A stretch of 64,000 nt of DNA from Candidatus Moraniibacteriota bacterium (GCA_013334575.1 JAAXXG010000002.1:69377-133376), one strand, 5' to 3'; shown: positions 48,557 to 58,165, counted from the stretch's first letter. Notes: generated by a model not told the origin, from the letters alone. Numbers and translations: made by a program.

Positions 48557-50008
48557 TCAGAAATTGCCGCCTCCGCCTGCGCCTGCGGTTTCACCTCCGC
48601 CAAAGGAGATGCCGCTGTCCGGGGTTGAACTCGAATAAATCGGACTCGGACTATATGGCGAAGAAGGACTCGCGACATATGGGTGGCCACCCTCATCGGA
48701 CCGGCTTGACCTGTGCGATACGCCGGACGAAGCATGACTTCCTGACGGCCGTGCGGAGAACGACCGCTGCGGCACGTATATCGACTTCGGAGCAATCTCG
48801 TCGACTGCGGATTTCCTGATCGACCGTGCTTCGTCGTTCAGCAGTTCAAGCAGCAGCGCCGCCTGTAAGAAGTCGAACTGCTTCGGACTCGGCTCTCTCA
48901 ACAGATCCCGACGGAGACTTTCATACGCCTGCCGCTGATCTTCACAGCGATCGCGAAGACGCTGTGAGACACCTGGCTTTCGGACCGCGTCTTCGGCCCG
49001 ATTGATGGCGACACCCGCAGCATCAAGCTTCGCATCGATACCGGATACCGTCTGACGAGCTCCGCGATATACCCTCATCAGCCCGGACAGTTGTGCGATA
49101 AGAGAAACGGCTGCATATCTCGCACCGCTCCAGCCGGTCTCATCAGAACGCTCACCGATACCGGACAACAATCCGTTGAATTTCGATGCTATGTCCGCAG
49201 CCTTCTGACGGGCTTCCATAATGGCAGCATCGGTGACGTACTGACCGGCATTGTCGAGTTGCCGGTTGAAAGAGTCCATCTCCCGATTGAAATCAGCCTT
49301 GAGTTGCTCCACCGCCGCACGACGGCTCCTGGCCCTGCGAGACCGAGCGAACAGATACCGGATTCCGACCCCGATTCCGACTATAGCGAGTACGACGAGA
49401 AACGCCAACAACACGTCTTCGGCTTTCGCATCTGATTGAGCTTTGCCGGTCGCTTCAACCCGCTCTATGCTCTGCTGATGTTCCGTGGAGATCTTCGGCC
49501 CGAGGACCGTCATGATGTCCCGCGACATCTGTTCAAGCGCCGGACCGATATCACCAGCTCGCAGACTACTCGCCAGCAACGGCTTCGCACGGTTGAAGAT
49601 TCTCCCGCATTCGGCATCCGTCAACTCCGTTTCAACCCCCTTTCCGGTCGTAATCCTGACTTTCCGAGGATTGGTGCAGACCGTTATCAGGACACCGTAG
49701 TCGTCACCTTTCTGTCCGATGCCGGTCTCGTGAAAGACGTCGACTGAATACTGCTCGATCGTCGCCCTTCCCGCAAAGTCCTTCGTCGTAAGCACGACGA
49801 TCTGGACCTTCGAATCCTTCTCATACCCCGAGAGAAGCTGATTCAAGTCCGACTTTGACGATTCGGAAATGATACCGGCGAGGTCCGTAATGCGCTCCGT
49901 GAGTTTCGGAAGTTCTTCACCGTTCCCTTCAGCCGCGAATGCCGTTCGGCACCCGTGAGAGAGAAGGAGCAGCAAGAACACCGCCAGAACTTTCATGATT
50001 TTCCTCAT
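48557..50008 (-). CDS. TPM (DUF477/YgcG) domain membrane protein
   Basis: Signal peptide; ITDLAGII, QIVVLT, GIGQKGDDYGVL; TM; coiled coil; SFGGG..GAGGGGNF tail; promoter TTGACA-17-TATCGT at 50067-50095. Confidence 0.85.
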   Translation of the reverse strand: MRKIMKVLAVFLLLLLSHGCRTAFAAEGNGEELPKLTERITDLAGIISESSKSDLNQLLSGYEKDSKVQIVVLTTKDFAGRATIEQYSVDVFHETGIGQKGDDYGVLITVCTNPRKVRITTGKGVETELTDAECGRIFNRAKPLLASSLRAGDIGPALEQMSRDIMTVLGPKISTEHQQSIERVEATGKAQSDAKAEDVLLAFLVVLAIVGIGVGIRYLFARSRRARSRRAAVEQLKADFNREMDSFNRQLDNAGQYVTDAAIMEARQKAADIASKFNGLLSGIGERSDETGWSGARYAAVSLIAQLSGLMRVYRGARQTVSGIDAKLDAAGVAINRAEDAVRKPGVSQRLRDRCEDQRQAYESLRRDLLREPSPKQFDFLQAALLLELLNDEARSIRKSAVDEIAPKSIYVPQRSFSARPSGSHASSGVSHRSSRSDEGGHPYVASPSSPYSPSPIYSSSTPDSGISFGGGETAGAGGGGNF

Positions 50009-50112
50009 GCTAGACTCCGTGTTTTCGTTGTAGGATGCTATTCACTTATAAAAAATACTTCGGTATACGATAATACAGAATATGAATTCTGTCAAACCAA
50101 TCTCTCACTTTC

Positions 50113-50574
50113 TTATATAGAATCGTCTCTTTCTTTCGTGTCACACTCCCTCGTCATGATGATCCGAGGCTGTCCGTCGCCGTAGAGATTATCCTCCCGA
50201 CCGGAAGCGACGAAGCCGAGCGACTCATAGAGCTTCACGGCGTGATTGTCCGGGTGAACGTCGAGGCTCACGCGGTCGAATTCCCGCAATTCCTCGAGCA
50301 GCATTCCCATAGCCTTTCGGGCCAATCCCCTCCGTTGGAACTCGGGCGCGATAATAAGTCCGCTCACGTAGGCATAATCGGTATCCTTCACCCGGTAGGA
50401 GATATCCCCGACGATCACTCCGTCCTCCTCGATCAGATAGACAGTCTCGTCGCGGATCCACTGCCGCATCTCCTCGTCGGTGAAACCCCAGTTGTAGACA
50501 ATCAGATCCCTCGCGGTCTCCTCGATCGCGGTCAGTACCGGCATATCGTCTTCCGTCGCACGGATGAGTTTCAT
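50113..50574 (-). CDS. GNAT N-acetyltransferase
   Basis: PEFQRRGLA, N.AVKLYESLGF. Confidence 0.9.
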   Translation of the reverse strand: MKLIRATEDDMPVLTAIEETARDLIVYNWGFTDEEMRQWIRDETVYLIEEDGVIVGDISYRVKDTDYAYVSGLIIAPEFQRRGLARKAMGMLLEELREFDRVSLDVHPDNHAVKLYESLGFVASGREDNLYGDGQPRIIMTRECDTKERDDSI

Positions 50575-50745
50575 AAGATCACATATCATTCATGATCGTA
50601 TTCCTCTCCTGTTTTGATAGACTATCAACAAAAATATCGCCTTTCCAAGCCATAAAATGACACTTGATTTATCTAAGATTTTATGATATCATAAAACGTT
50701 GTGCCTTCATAATCTATAAGCATACTCTCGAGGAGGAGAGTCATC

Positions 50746-51192
50746 ATGCCAAAACTTCTCAAATACGGGCTTTCAACCCTGGGCGTCTGTGGCATTTTTG
50801 CGATTATCATCGTAGCGATGCTTAGCCGCGGGACTTTCGGTCATCTCGTGCCACTATCGGACGAGGATCTGAAAACGATTACCGAGGTGACTACGCAGGA
50901 TTCGAATTCATCCATCGCGTTCCGTTCCCATTCGGAAATACTACGGTGCGGCCCGCTTTCGCTTCGAAAAACAAGCCGCATCTCGGCATTCGTTTTTCGT
51001 GGAGAACCTATCTCGGCGCGCAAGACCGTCATGTACGGTTCACTCCGGTTCGGCAACCAAGCAGACGAAATGATGCCCCCGCTCCGAATACCAGACGGTG
51101 CGAACTCAATGTACTGGTATGAATGCGGCAACACCACCGTATCCCTTGGATCCATACCGGATCCGCATATCGGAATCGGATTCAATTTCTGA
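50746..51192 (+). CDS. Hypothetical membrane-anchored protein (accessory)
   Basis: AGGAGG SD; promoter TTGATT-17-TATCAT at 50664-50692; bidirectional terminator ~51192-51235. Confidence 0.7.
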   Translation: MPKLLKYGLSTLGVCGIFAIIIVAMLSRGTFGHLVPLSDEDLKTITEVTTQDSNSSIAFRSHSEILRCGPLSLRKTSRISAFVFRGEPISARKTVMYGSLRFGNQADEMMPPLRIPDGANSMYWYECGNTTVSLGSIPDPHIGIGFNF

Positions 51193-51288
51193 AAAAAAAC
51201 GGCCGACACGTCATAACGAGTGTCAGCCGTTTTTTCATTCCCTTGTAACACCGAACAACCGCGTAACGCTTCAACATCCGAAACGACC

Positions 51289-51390
51289 CTATGCGATCAT
51301 GACCATTGCATTGAATTTGCCGTCCTTCTCGGTCTCCTCGATCGCAGTCAGCACCGGCATATCGTCTTCCGTCGCGCGGATCAAGTTCAT
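51289..51390 (-). pseudogene. Truncated copy of GNAT 5' end
   Basis: MNLIRATEDDMPVLTAIEETEKDGKFNAMVMIA*. Confidence 0.85.
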
Positions 51391-51394
51391 AGGA

Positions 51395-51850
51395 CTATAA
51401 GGAATCGCTCGTCTTGTGGAACGGCTTCCCGGTTTCGAGGAATGAAAAGATTCCCGCCTTGAGGGAATCGGGAAGAATGTGATGCTCGCGAAGCGAATCC
51501 GCAGATACGACCGCGAACTCGAGATGATCCTCCTGCGATCCGAGAGATATTCCCGTCGGAACCCGGACCTCGAAGACGAAATTCACCTCGTGCTGACTCG
51601 ACGTCTCCGATATCGGAAATGCGTTTTCGCAGACACCGACGAGATCGCCGATCAGATAGTCTCCCTCTCCGAGTTCCTCGACGAGTTCGCGGGCGAGCGC
51701 CGATCGTGCGGATTCCCCGTCTTCCACGTGTCCCCCTGGCAGAAAATTCCAATCCTTGCCCTTCAATCGACAAAGGATCACGTCTTCGCCTTGCCGAAGC
51801 AGCGCCCGCGAAATGAAATGTATATGCGATTCAGGAGCTTCGTAGGTCAT
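51395..51850 (-). CDS. NUDIX hydrolase
   Basis: LPGGHVEDGESARSALARELVEELG. Confidence 0.92.
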   Translation of the reverse strand: MTYEAPESHIHFISRALLRQGEDVILCRLKGKDWNFLPGGHVEDGESARSALARELVEELGEGDYLIGDLVGVCENAFPISETSSQHEVNFVFEVRVPTGISLGSQEDHLEFAVVSADSLREHHILPDSLKAGIFSFLETGKPFHKTSDSL

Positions 51851-51859
51851 ATATAATCA

Positions 51860-52411
51860 TTATTCAGATAGCTTACGAAATATATCCTCATTAAGCAATT
51901 CTTCAGATGTTTTATTTATTTCGTTTAGATATGAACGCAATGTTTTTAAATCTAGTTTAATAAAATCCCCATATACCCCATCTTTATCGACGCCAATTTT
52001 CGTCAATACGACAAAGTCATTGCCCATTTCCAACCAACGAGCGTGTATAGCCTTATTCCTTATTACGGCCGCTTCTTTTAATCTCAAATGTAATGATGCA
52101 TACAAAGAAGACAACTCCGGTTTTCCAACATGTTTGCACATGGGAACAAAAAAATCTCTAAACAAATCGACTTTTTGTGAAAAAGTTAGTTTCGCAATAA
52201 CCGTGTAGCCTAAATCACTGGACCTAGAATGAATAAAACTAGTTAGCACATCATCAAGAACACTCTCAAGATAATTAAAGTCCAATATAATTTCCCCAAG
52301 TATCAGCTTTATTTGCTTCAATTTCGCAGCTGATATCGTTGTATCGAAATCATGATTAAAACTCCCATCATCGAGATATATTTTCATATAATTATTTTGG
52401 TTTCGCTCCAT
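51860..52411 (-). CDS. AT-rich hypothetical protein with HEPN-like RxxxxH motif
   Basis: Helical protein with IRNKAIH; strongly AT-rich relative to the window. Confidence 0.6.
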   Translation of the reverse strand: MERNQNNYMKIYLDDGSFNHDFDTTISAAKLKQIKLILGEIILDFNYLESVLDDVLTSFIHSRSSDLGYTVIAKLTFSQKVDLFRDFFVPMCKHVGKPELSSLYASLHLRLKEAAVIRNKAIHARWLEMGNDFVVLTKIGVDKDGVYGDFIKLDLKTLRSYLNEINKTSEELLNEDIFRKLSE

Positions 52412-52440
52412 GAAAAAAAGAGGGTCTACTCGCCTCTCTT

Positions 52441-53043
52441 TTATATCGCCTTCACATAACGCTCCGCGACGCTTCGGAAGTCCTCCGTTCCATCGATCAG
52501 CACCGACTTGATCCCAAAACTTCGACCGACCTCGACGTTCTCTTCCTCATCGTCGAAAAAGATGACCTCTTCAGGAGAAAGGTCCAGTTTCTCCAGGATA
52601 ACTTCGAAAAATCGGGGGTCGGACTTCGAGAGTCCCGACTCGAACGAATAAAAGAAACCGTCGAGCTCATGCCCTATCCCGAGGTTCTTCTCTATATATT
52701 CGGCACGATATTTTTCCTGGTCCGTGGCCAAATAGCATTTCAAACCTCTCTCCCGCAGGTCTCTGACCACATCCAAGACATCCGAATCAACGACGCTTTG
52801 GGAAAACCAAAATTCAAGAAAACTCTCGACATCACCCTCCCACTTCCACTGTTTCAGAAACGGCACCAGTTCTTCTTTCAGATCCGCAGTCGCCTTCTGA
52901 CAATCCCTGAACCGCGTCTTAAAGAACGGAATGACCATCTCGGCTGAAACACCGTACTGTTCGTGAAGAATATCGCTGAAATAACGCTGTTTCTTGATCA
53001 GAAGACCGTCGGCGTCCAGTAGTATGGCCTTGATGTCGTTCAT
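52441..53043 (-). CDS. HAD-family hydrolase
   Basis: LLDADGLL, ATDQ, K.DP, FFDD...NV. Confidence 0.88.
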   Translation of the reverse strand: MNDIKAILLDADGLLIKKQRYFSDILHEQYGVSAEMVIPFFKTRFRDCQKATADLKEELVPFLKQWKWEGDVESFLEFWFSQSVVDSDVLDVVRDLRERGLKCYLATDQEKYRAEYIEKNLGIGHELDGFFYSFESGLSKSDPRFFEVILEKLDLSPEEVIFFDDEEENVEVGRSFGIKSVLIDGTEDFRSVAERYVKAI

Positions 53044-53061
53044 AGAGGTTTCCGTTTAACT

Positions 53062-53703
53062 CTATCCTTCAGACCGCACAGATCTACTTGCCTCTTTTTT
53101 GGTCGTTTTCTTGGTTGTCTTGGCCGTGGACTTCTTGCCTTTGGCGAAGTTGAGATACATCTTGGACGCGACGGGCTTCTTGTCGCCGTAGTACTTGGAA
53201 TTGAGCCCCTCCGAGCCGTAGGGCTTCTCGCAGGGCGAGGAGAGCTCCTCGAAGGCGACCTGGCCGATTGCCATCTTGTAGTGAAGCTTGATCGGGAGGC
53301 GCCCCGCGTTGAAAAGCTCGAGGGTGAGCTTGAGCGAATTGCCCGGGTCGAGAAATCCCGCGGTCGTATGGATGATGAGCCCCAGGCGGCCGAGCGAGCT
53401 CTTGCCCTCGAGCCGGCAGGCGTAGCGGTCCGAGACGCCGGTCTCCTCGTAGATGAGGCCGAGCGCGAACTCGCCGGGATGCAGGATGAACGGCTCGTCC
53501 GGCCGGATTTCCATCGGCTTCATAAGGCCCTGCGTGGGGGCCTTGGGATCGATGACGAAGTTGTGTGTCGTATCGAAGACCAGGAAGTGTCGGTCGAGGT
53601 GGACGTCCACGCTCGCCGGCTGGACGTGCTTGCGGTTGAACGGCTTAATGGTGATGTCGCCCTTGCGAAGGGCCTTCACGATGTCGCGGTCGGAAAGGAT
53701 CAT
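53062..53703 (-). CDS. dcd: dCTP deaminase
   Basis: MILSDRDI, QPASVDVHL, GKSSLGRLG, HTTAGFLDPG, YGS...SKY. Confidence 0.93.
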   Translation of the reverse strand: MILSDRDIVKALRKGDITIKPFNRKHVQPASVDVHLDRHFLVFDTTHNFVIDPKAPTQGLMKPMEIRPDEPFILHPGEFALGLIYEETGVSDRYACRLEGKSSLGRLGLIIHTTAGFLDPGNSLKLTLELFNAGRLPIKLHYKMAIGQVAFEELSSPCEKPYGSEGLNSKYYGDKKPVASKMYLNFAKGKKSTAKTTKKTTKKEASRSVRSEG

Positions 53704-53798
53704 AGGAGTCTTCGGTTATGGGGATCTGCCGACTCCCTCCGGCACCCATTGTACGGGAAAGGCCGATAAAAAGGAACCTTGGCAGAATTCCATCCCCG

Positions 53799-53917
53799 TG
53801 TCATCCCGAGCGCAGTCGAGGGATCCACGGATATATCAGGACCAGAGTCGATTCTCCTGGCAGATTCCTCCACTCGAAGACTCTCCGGCATTCGCCGGAC
53901 TCCGGGTCGGAATGACA
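53799..53917. repeat. GTCAT...ATGAC-type palindromic intergenic repeat
   Basis: TGTCATCCCGAGCGCAGTCGAGGGATC ... GATTCCTCCACT...GGTCGGAATGACA. Confidence 0.6.
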
Positions 53918-53924
53918 AGACAAA

Positions 53925-53993
53925 AAAACAGGCCCCGAGAAGGGCCTGCTTCTGCATTTCGTGCTGTCGGAAACTAGGAGAGCTTCACCGTGA
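53925..53993 (-). repeat. Duplicate of rplA 3' end + terminator
   Basis: 64/69 identical to 54748-54816. Confidence 0.9.
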
Positions 53994-54111
53994 CTCACCG
54001 AGTCCGGCAGGAACATAGGCCGGAAGACGCGTTTCTTCCGCGTGTCGGAGTCATAAAATGAAAGAGGAGAACCGATACCGGTTCTCCTCATTCTTGACGG
54101 AATGAATGATG

Positions 54112-54540
54112 TCAGGAGATGTTCCCCCGAATCCCATATACCGCTCGCGTGATGCTCAAGAGAATAAGGAACGCGAGCGCCAGCAGCACCGAGTGGGCCG
54201 TCATCGCCCCTCTCCAGTCAGTGAAGGAGTAGACGCCTGAAATCGCACAAGCGATCAATCCAAACGCCATGTTCGCCGTAAACAGGATGACGAGTCCGGT
54301 TAAAACCTGCGGTACCGAAATGGTCCTTGATGACTCGGGTAGGACCACATACCCGGCGAGCGCAAAGACGAAACATACACCCGCGTACTGAACGAGTGGC
54401 CGATGAAACAACGGCAACCCGATCCCATGCATCCACAGCAGGAAAGCCGTGATAGTCAGTGCTGCAAAAAACGCGGACAGAAAGAAAAACATCCCCGAAA
54501 GCCTTACTCTTTGTGGTAAGACGAACGCAAAATGATTCAT
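54112..54540 (-). CDS. Hypothetical 4-TM protein (accessory)
   Basis: AAGGGGG SD; promoter TTGACA-17-TAGAGT at 54597-54625. Confidence 0.7.
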   Translation of the reverse strand: MNHFAFVLPQRVRLSGMFFFLSAFFAALTITAFLLWMHGIGLPLFHRPLVQYAGVCFVFALAGYVVLPESSRTISVPQVLTGLVILFTANMAFGLIACAISGVYSFTDWRGAMTAHSVLLALAFLILLSITRAVYGIRGNIS

Positions 54541-54796
54541 GGTATCCCCCTTTAGCACTTCGTGCCTTAATTTATAGAGTTATTAAACACGAAATGACTC
54601 TAGCATTAAATCCATATAATGTCAAGTCTCTTCACATCAACACAGAAGTCATCTTCTTGTCGTCCAAGCGAGGGCAGGGCCTTTCCGTGCCGAGTAGAAG
54701 ATTCCCGCCTTCGCGGGAATGACCGATAGAGAAGGCTCGACGATACGAAAACAGGCCCCGGGAAGGGCCTGTTTCGGCATTTCGTGCCGTCAGAAA

Positions 54797-55489
54797 CTAG
54801 GAGAGCTTCACCGTGATGCCCGGGCCCATGGTGGAGCAGAGCGTGATCGAGCGGATGAACTTCCCCTTGAGCGCCTCCGGCTTGGCCTTCTGGACCGCAT
54901 CGCGGAAGGCCTCGAAGTTGGCCGCGAGCTCCTCGGCCGAGAAGGAGAGCTTGCCGATCACCTGATGGACGTTCCCCGAGTCGTCGTTCTTGAAACTCGC
55001 CTTCTTTCCCTTGGAGAGCATCTCCACGGTCTCGGCGATCTTGGTCGTGACGGTCTCGTTCTTCGGGCTGGGCATGAGTCCCTTGGGACCGAGGATCTTG
55101 GCGACCTGCGCGAGCTTGGGCATCATATCGGGCGTCGCGAGCAGAAGGTCGAACGCCGACCCCGGCACCACCTTCCCCTCCTTGATCTGCGCGACGAGTT
55201 CCTCGCCGCCGACCAGGACCGCTCCGGCGTCCTGCGCCTCCTTTGCCTTGTCGACGGTCACCACGGCGACACGCTTCACCCGGCCGGTGCCGGAGGGAAG
55301 GACGACCGTGGCGCGGACCGCCTCGTCGGACTTCTTGGCGTTGATCGAGAGCTTCATGTGCGCCTCGACGGACTCGTCGAACTTCGCGACGGCATTCTCT
55401 TTGAGGAACGCGATCGCATCGGCAAGCGCGTACTCCTCCTTGTCGACCACCTTGCCCGCCGCCTGGCGGTACTTCTTCCCGTGCTTCAT
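54797..55489 (-). CDS. rplA: 50S ribosomal protein L1
   Basis: KFDESVE, LPSGTG, ATPDMM, LGPKGLMPSPK, STMGPG. Confidence 0.97.
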   Translation of the reverse strand: MKHGKKYRQAAGKVVDKEEYALADAIAFLKENAVAKFDESVEAHMKLSINAKKSDEAVRATVVLPSGTGRVKRVAVVTVDKAKEAQDAGAVLVGGEELVAQIKEGKVVPGSAFDLLLATPDMMPKLAQVAKILGPKGLMPSPKNETVTTKIAETVEMLSKGKKASFKNDDSGNVHQVIGKLSFSAEELAANFEAFRDAVQKAKPEALKGKFIRSITLCSTMGPGITVKLS

Positions 55490-55502
55490 ATGCTTGTCTT
55501 TC

Positions 55503-55540
55503 GTGGTGATAGCGACCGGATTTTCGCCCGTGTCTCCCAC
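55503..55540 (-). promoter_or_regulatory. L1 autoregulatory leader before rplA
   Basis: GTGGGAG-stem-GCTATCACCAC between rplK and rplA, resembling Firmicute-type L1 sites. Confidence 0.65.
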
Positions 55541-55556
55541 AAATGGATTATATCGC

Positions 55557-55982
55557 CTAGCCCTCCACCTTGATCCCCATCGAGCGGGCGGTGCCGGCCA
55601 CGATCTTGGCCGCCGCGTCCACGTCGTTGGCGTTCAGGTCCTCCATCTTCTGCTCGCCGATCTCGCGGACCTGCGCCATCGTAACGGTGCCGACCTTGTC
55701 CTTGAGCGGGTTCGCCGCGCCCTTCTCCACCTTGGCCGCCTTCTTCAGAAGCTCGGCTGCCGGAGGGGTCTTGAGCACGAAATCGAAAGTGCGGTCCTCG
55801 TACACGGTGATTTCCGCCGGGATGATGTCGCCCATCCGGTCCTTGGTCTGCTCGTTGAACTGCATGCAGAACCCCTGGATATTGAGTCCGTGCTGACCGA
55901 GCGCCGGACCGACCGGCGGAGCCGGGTTCGCCTTCCCGCCCGGGATCTGGAGCTTGATGACCGTCTTGATCGTCTTTGCCAT
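55557..55982 (-). CDS. rplK: 50S ribosomal protein L11
   Basis: [27 protein letters not shown]. Confidence 0.98.
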   Translation of the reverse strand: MAKTIKTVIKLQIPGGKANPAPPVGPALGQHGLNIQGFCMQFNEQTKDRMGDIIPAEITVYEDRTFDFVLKTPPAAELLKKAAKVEKGAANPLKDKVGTVTMAQVREIGEQKMEDLNANDVDAAAKIVAGTARSMGIKVEG

Positions 55983-56025
55983 ATGCGTTCGAAAATGATT
56001 GCCGTACCGATCCCTCCATCCATCC

Positions 56026-56571
56026 CTACGCCTTCTTCACCTGGAGGAAGTCGAGTTCCACCGGCGTCTCGCGTCCGAAGAGGGACACGAACACCTTGAG
56101 TTTCCCCTTCTCCTCGTCCACCTCCTCGACCTTGCCGTCGAAATTCTTGAACGGCCCGTCGGTCACCTTGACCACGTCGCCCTTGCGTACGTCCACCTTA
56201 TACTTCGGCTCCGAAACGCCCATGCGCTTCTTGAGGCCCTCGATCTCCTTGGGGTCGATCGGGGTCGGCGTGGTACCGAGACCGATGAAGCCGGTGACGT
56301 TCGGAGTGTTGCGGACCACGTACCACGACGCGTCGGTAACGACCATGTCGACGAGCACGTAGCCGGGATAGATGCGTTCCTCGACGGTGACGCGCTTCCC
56401 GCCCTTGATCTTGATCTTCTTCTCCTTCGGAACGAGGATGTCGAAGATGAAGTCCTGCATGTCCATCGACTCGATGCGCTGGCGCAGGTTGCGGGCGACA
56501 TTGTCCTCGTATCCGGAATACGTGTGGAGGACGTACCAGGCCCGGCCGTGATGCTGTGACTGCTTCGCCAT
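56026..56571 (-). CDS. nusG: Transcription factor NusG
   Basis: [31 protein letters not shown]. Confidence 0.98.
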   Translation of the reverse strand: MAKQSQHHGRAWYVLHTYSGYEDNVARNLRQRIESMDMQDFIFDILVPKEKKIKIKGGKRVTVEERIYPGYVLVDMVVTDASWYVVRNTPNVTGFIGLGTTPTPIDPKEIEGLKKRMGVSEPKYKVDVRKGDVVKVTDGPFKNFDGKVEEVDEEKGKLKVFVSLFGRETPVELDFLQVKKA

Positions 56572-56589
56572 AGGATTGGACGTTAGTGC

Positions 56590-56772
56590 CTAGAAGAGGA
56601 AACGTTTCGCAAGGGATTCGAACACGAAGTCGAGCGAACCGAGGAAGACCGCCGTCGCGGCCGAGATACCAAGGACGATCAGCGTATCCCGAATCATGCG
56701 CTCCTTGGTGGGCCAGACCACCCGGAGCAGCTCCGCCCTCGCCTCCTTGAGGAATTCGACGATCTTCTGCAT
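56590..56772 (-). CDS. secE: Preprotein translocase SecE
   Basis: ELLRVVWPT + TM, upstream of nusG. Confidence 0.92.
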   Translation of the reverse strand: MQKIVEFLKEARAELLRVVWPTKERMIRDTLIVLGISAATAVFLGSLDFVFESLAKRFLF

Positions 56773-56866
56773 ACGGTTTTCCCGGTCTAAAAAAAGCCCC
56801 AGACAGGCTTCGTATGGGGCAAGCATACCAAAGCCGAATCTTCCTGTCAACCCGCCGCCGCCAAGC

Positions 56867-57613
56867 CTAGGCGACGGACGAATACTCGTCCTTTTTCGAA
56901 TCGGCATCACCTTCCCCGACCTCGTCGGCGATCCGAAGAATCGATTTTGCCGCCTCGGCGACTTGCTTGAGCGAACCGTCCCCGCCTTGCGACCGCGCTT
57001 CAAGGATCTTCCCGAGCTGTTCGCGAACCAGGCTCCATCTCATCTCGAAACCGGATTCCGGCAGATCGTCGAGTTTCGGGATATCCCGTTCGCCGAGGAC
57101 CCGGAGAACGGCTATCATCGCGCGAGCGACTTTGAAATACGACTGTGGTCCGACGGATTCTGCGCGCATGGCGATCGCTTCCGCTTCCCCGACGGCCGAT
57201 CCGAATATCGCCATCCGTTCGGCATCCTGCGCGAGATGATACATGTCCACAACCATCCCCCCGAGACGCACCCTGTCGGACTCGGCCGCCTTGTCGGCCG
57301 CGATCCGCTCCCATTCGGCGGCGATATCCCACTTCATCTTTTCCAGCCTGTCGTTGACCTCCTGCGAATAAGCGGGGTCGAGAAGCCTTCCGGGAAACCC
57401 GTCGTCATGACGGGGCGTCAGTTCGGAGAGCGGAGGGAGGCCGAGAACGCGCATCAGGCGCACGAGCGGCGCATGAAGACACCCGGCATTCCGGACATCC
57501 TGATCAGACAGCTCTCCTACGACCCCGAAGACCGCCTCCCGGTCCGGATTCCAGACAGACGGAACGGCAGTGCGTCCCTCGAAACCGATATTCTCTCGAC
57601 TCATACGGTTCAT
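56867..57613 (-). CDS. Hypothetical protein
   Basis: Co-oriented ORF filling the gap; no recognised motif. Confidence 0.55.
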   Translation of the reverse strand: MNRMSRENIGFEGRTAVPSVWNPDREAVFGVVGELSDQDVRNAGCLHAPLVRLMRVLGLPPLSELTPRHDDGFPGRLLDPAYSQEVNDRLEKMKWDIAAEWERIAADKAAESDRVRLGGMVVDMYHLAQDAERMAIFGSAVGEAEAIAMRAESVGPQSYFKVARAMIAVLRVLGERDIPKLDDLPESGFEMRWSLVREQLGKILEARSQGGDGSLKQVAEAAKSILRIADEVGEGDADSKKDEYSSVA

Positions 57614-57621
57614 CCGGTCGT

Positions 57622-58152
57622 TTACAGCAGTTCCAGCTCCTTGAAGAAACTCTCGTAGAAGGCAAGGAGCTCGTCGGTCTCCTCTTTCGGGAGGGTGAAG
57701 TCCGGTTCGCGGATGATGCGGTTCCGGACCTTGTGCGCCTCCTGCAACCGCTCGGCGGACAGAAGCTGTCCCGGCATGATGAGCGAGAGCCGCTCGCCGA
57801 TGTTGCCGCCTTCGTAGCCGATTTCCCCGAGCATCTCGTCGGCAAGCGCATCCGCCTCGAGAATCGCAGCCTTGTAGTATGACGGGTTGTCACTCTGGGT
57901 CCGCGCCTTGATAGCCTCCCACCGCTTAAGAAACTTCATCGGCTGGATGAGCGGGCGACGGCCGCCGAAACGCTGTTTCTGGATACTGGCACGAAAATCG
58001 TGCAGGAGAAGCAGCATCACCAAGTCGGCGAACGTGACGACGGTGTATATGCCGAGAAAAAGCTTCGCGAGAAAGAAGAACGCCGAATGCTGCAATCCGT
58101 GCCAGAAGAGGACGGCTATACCGACGAGCGTTGGAATGATATCGGTCGACAT
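57622..58152 (-). CDS. Membrane-anchored hypothetical protein with HEPN-like helical domain
   Basis: TM; AILEAD..GY.G...GERL..AHKVRNRI. Confidence 0.7.
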   Translation of the reverse strand: MSTDIIPTLVGIAVLFWHGLQHSAFFFLAKLFLGIYTVVTFADLVMLLLLHDFRASIQKQRFGGRRPLIQPMKFLKRWEAIKARTQSDNPSYYKAAILEADALADEMLGEIGYEGGNIGERLSLIMPGQLLSAERLQEAHKVRNRIIREPDFTLPKEETDELLAFYESFFKELELL

Positions 58153-58165
58153 CCCGGTGTATGCG

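Noticed and set aside
56773-56866. tRNA-Trp expected upstream of secE
   Set aside because: No cloverleaf or T-loop GTTCRA found
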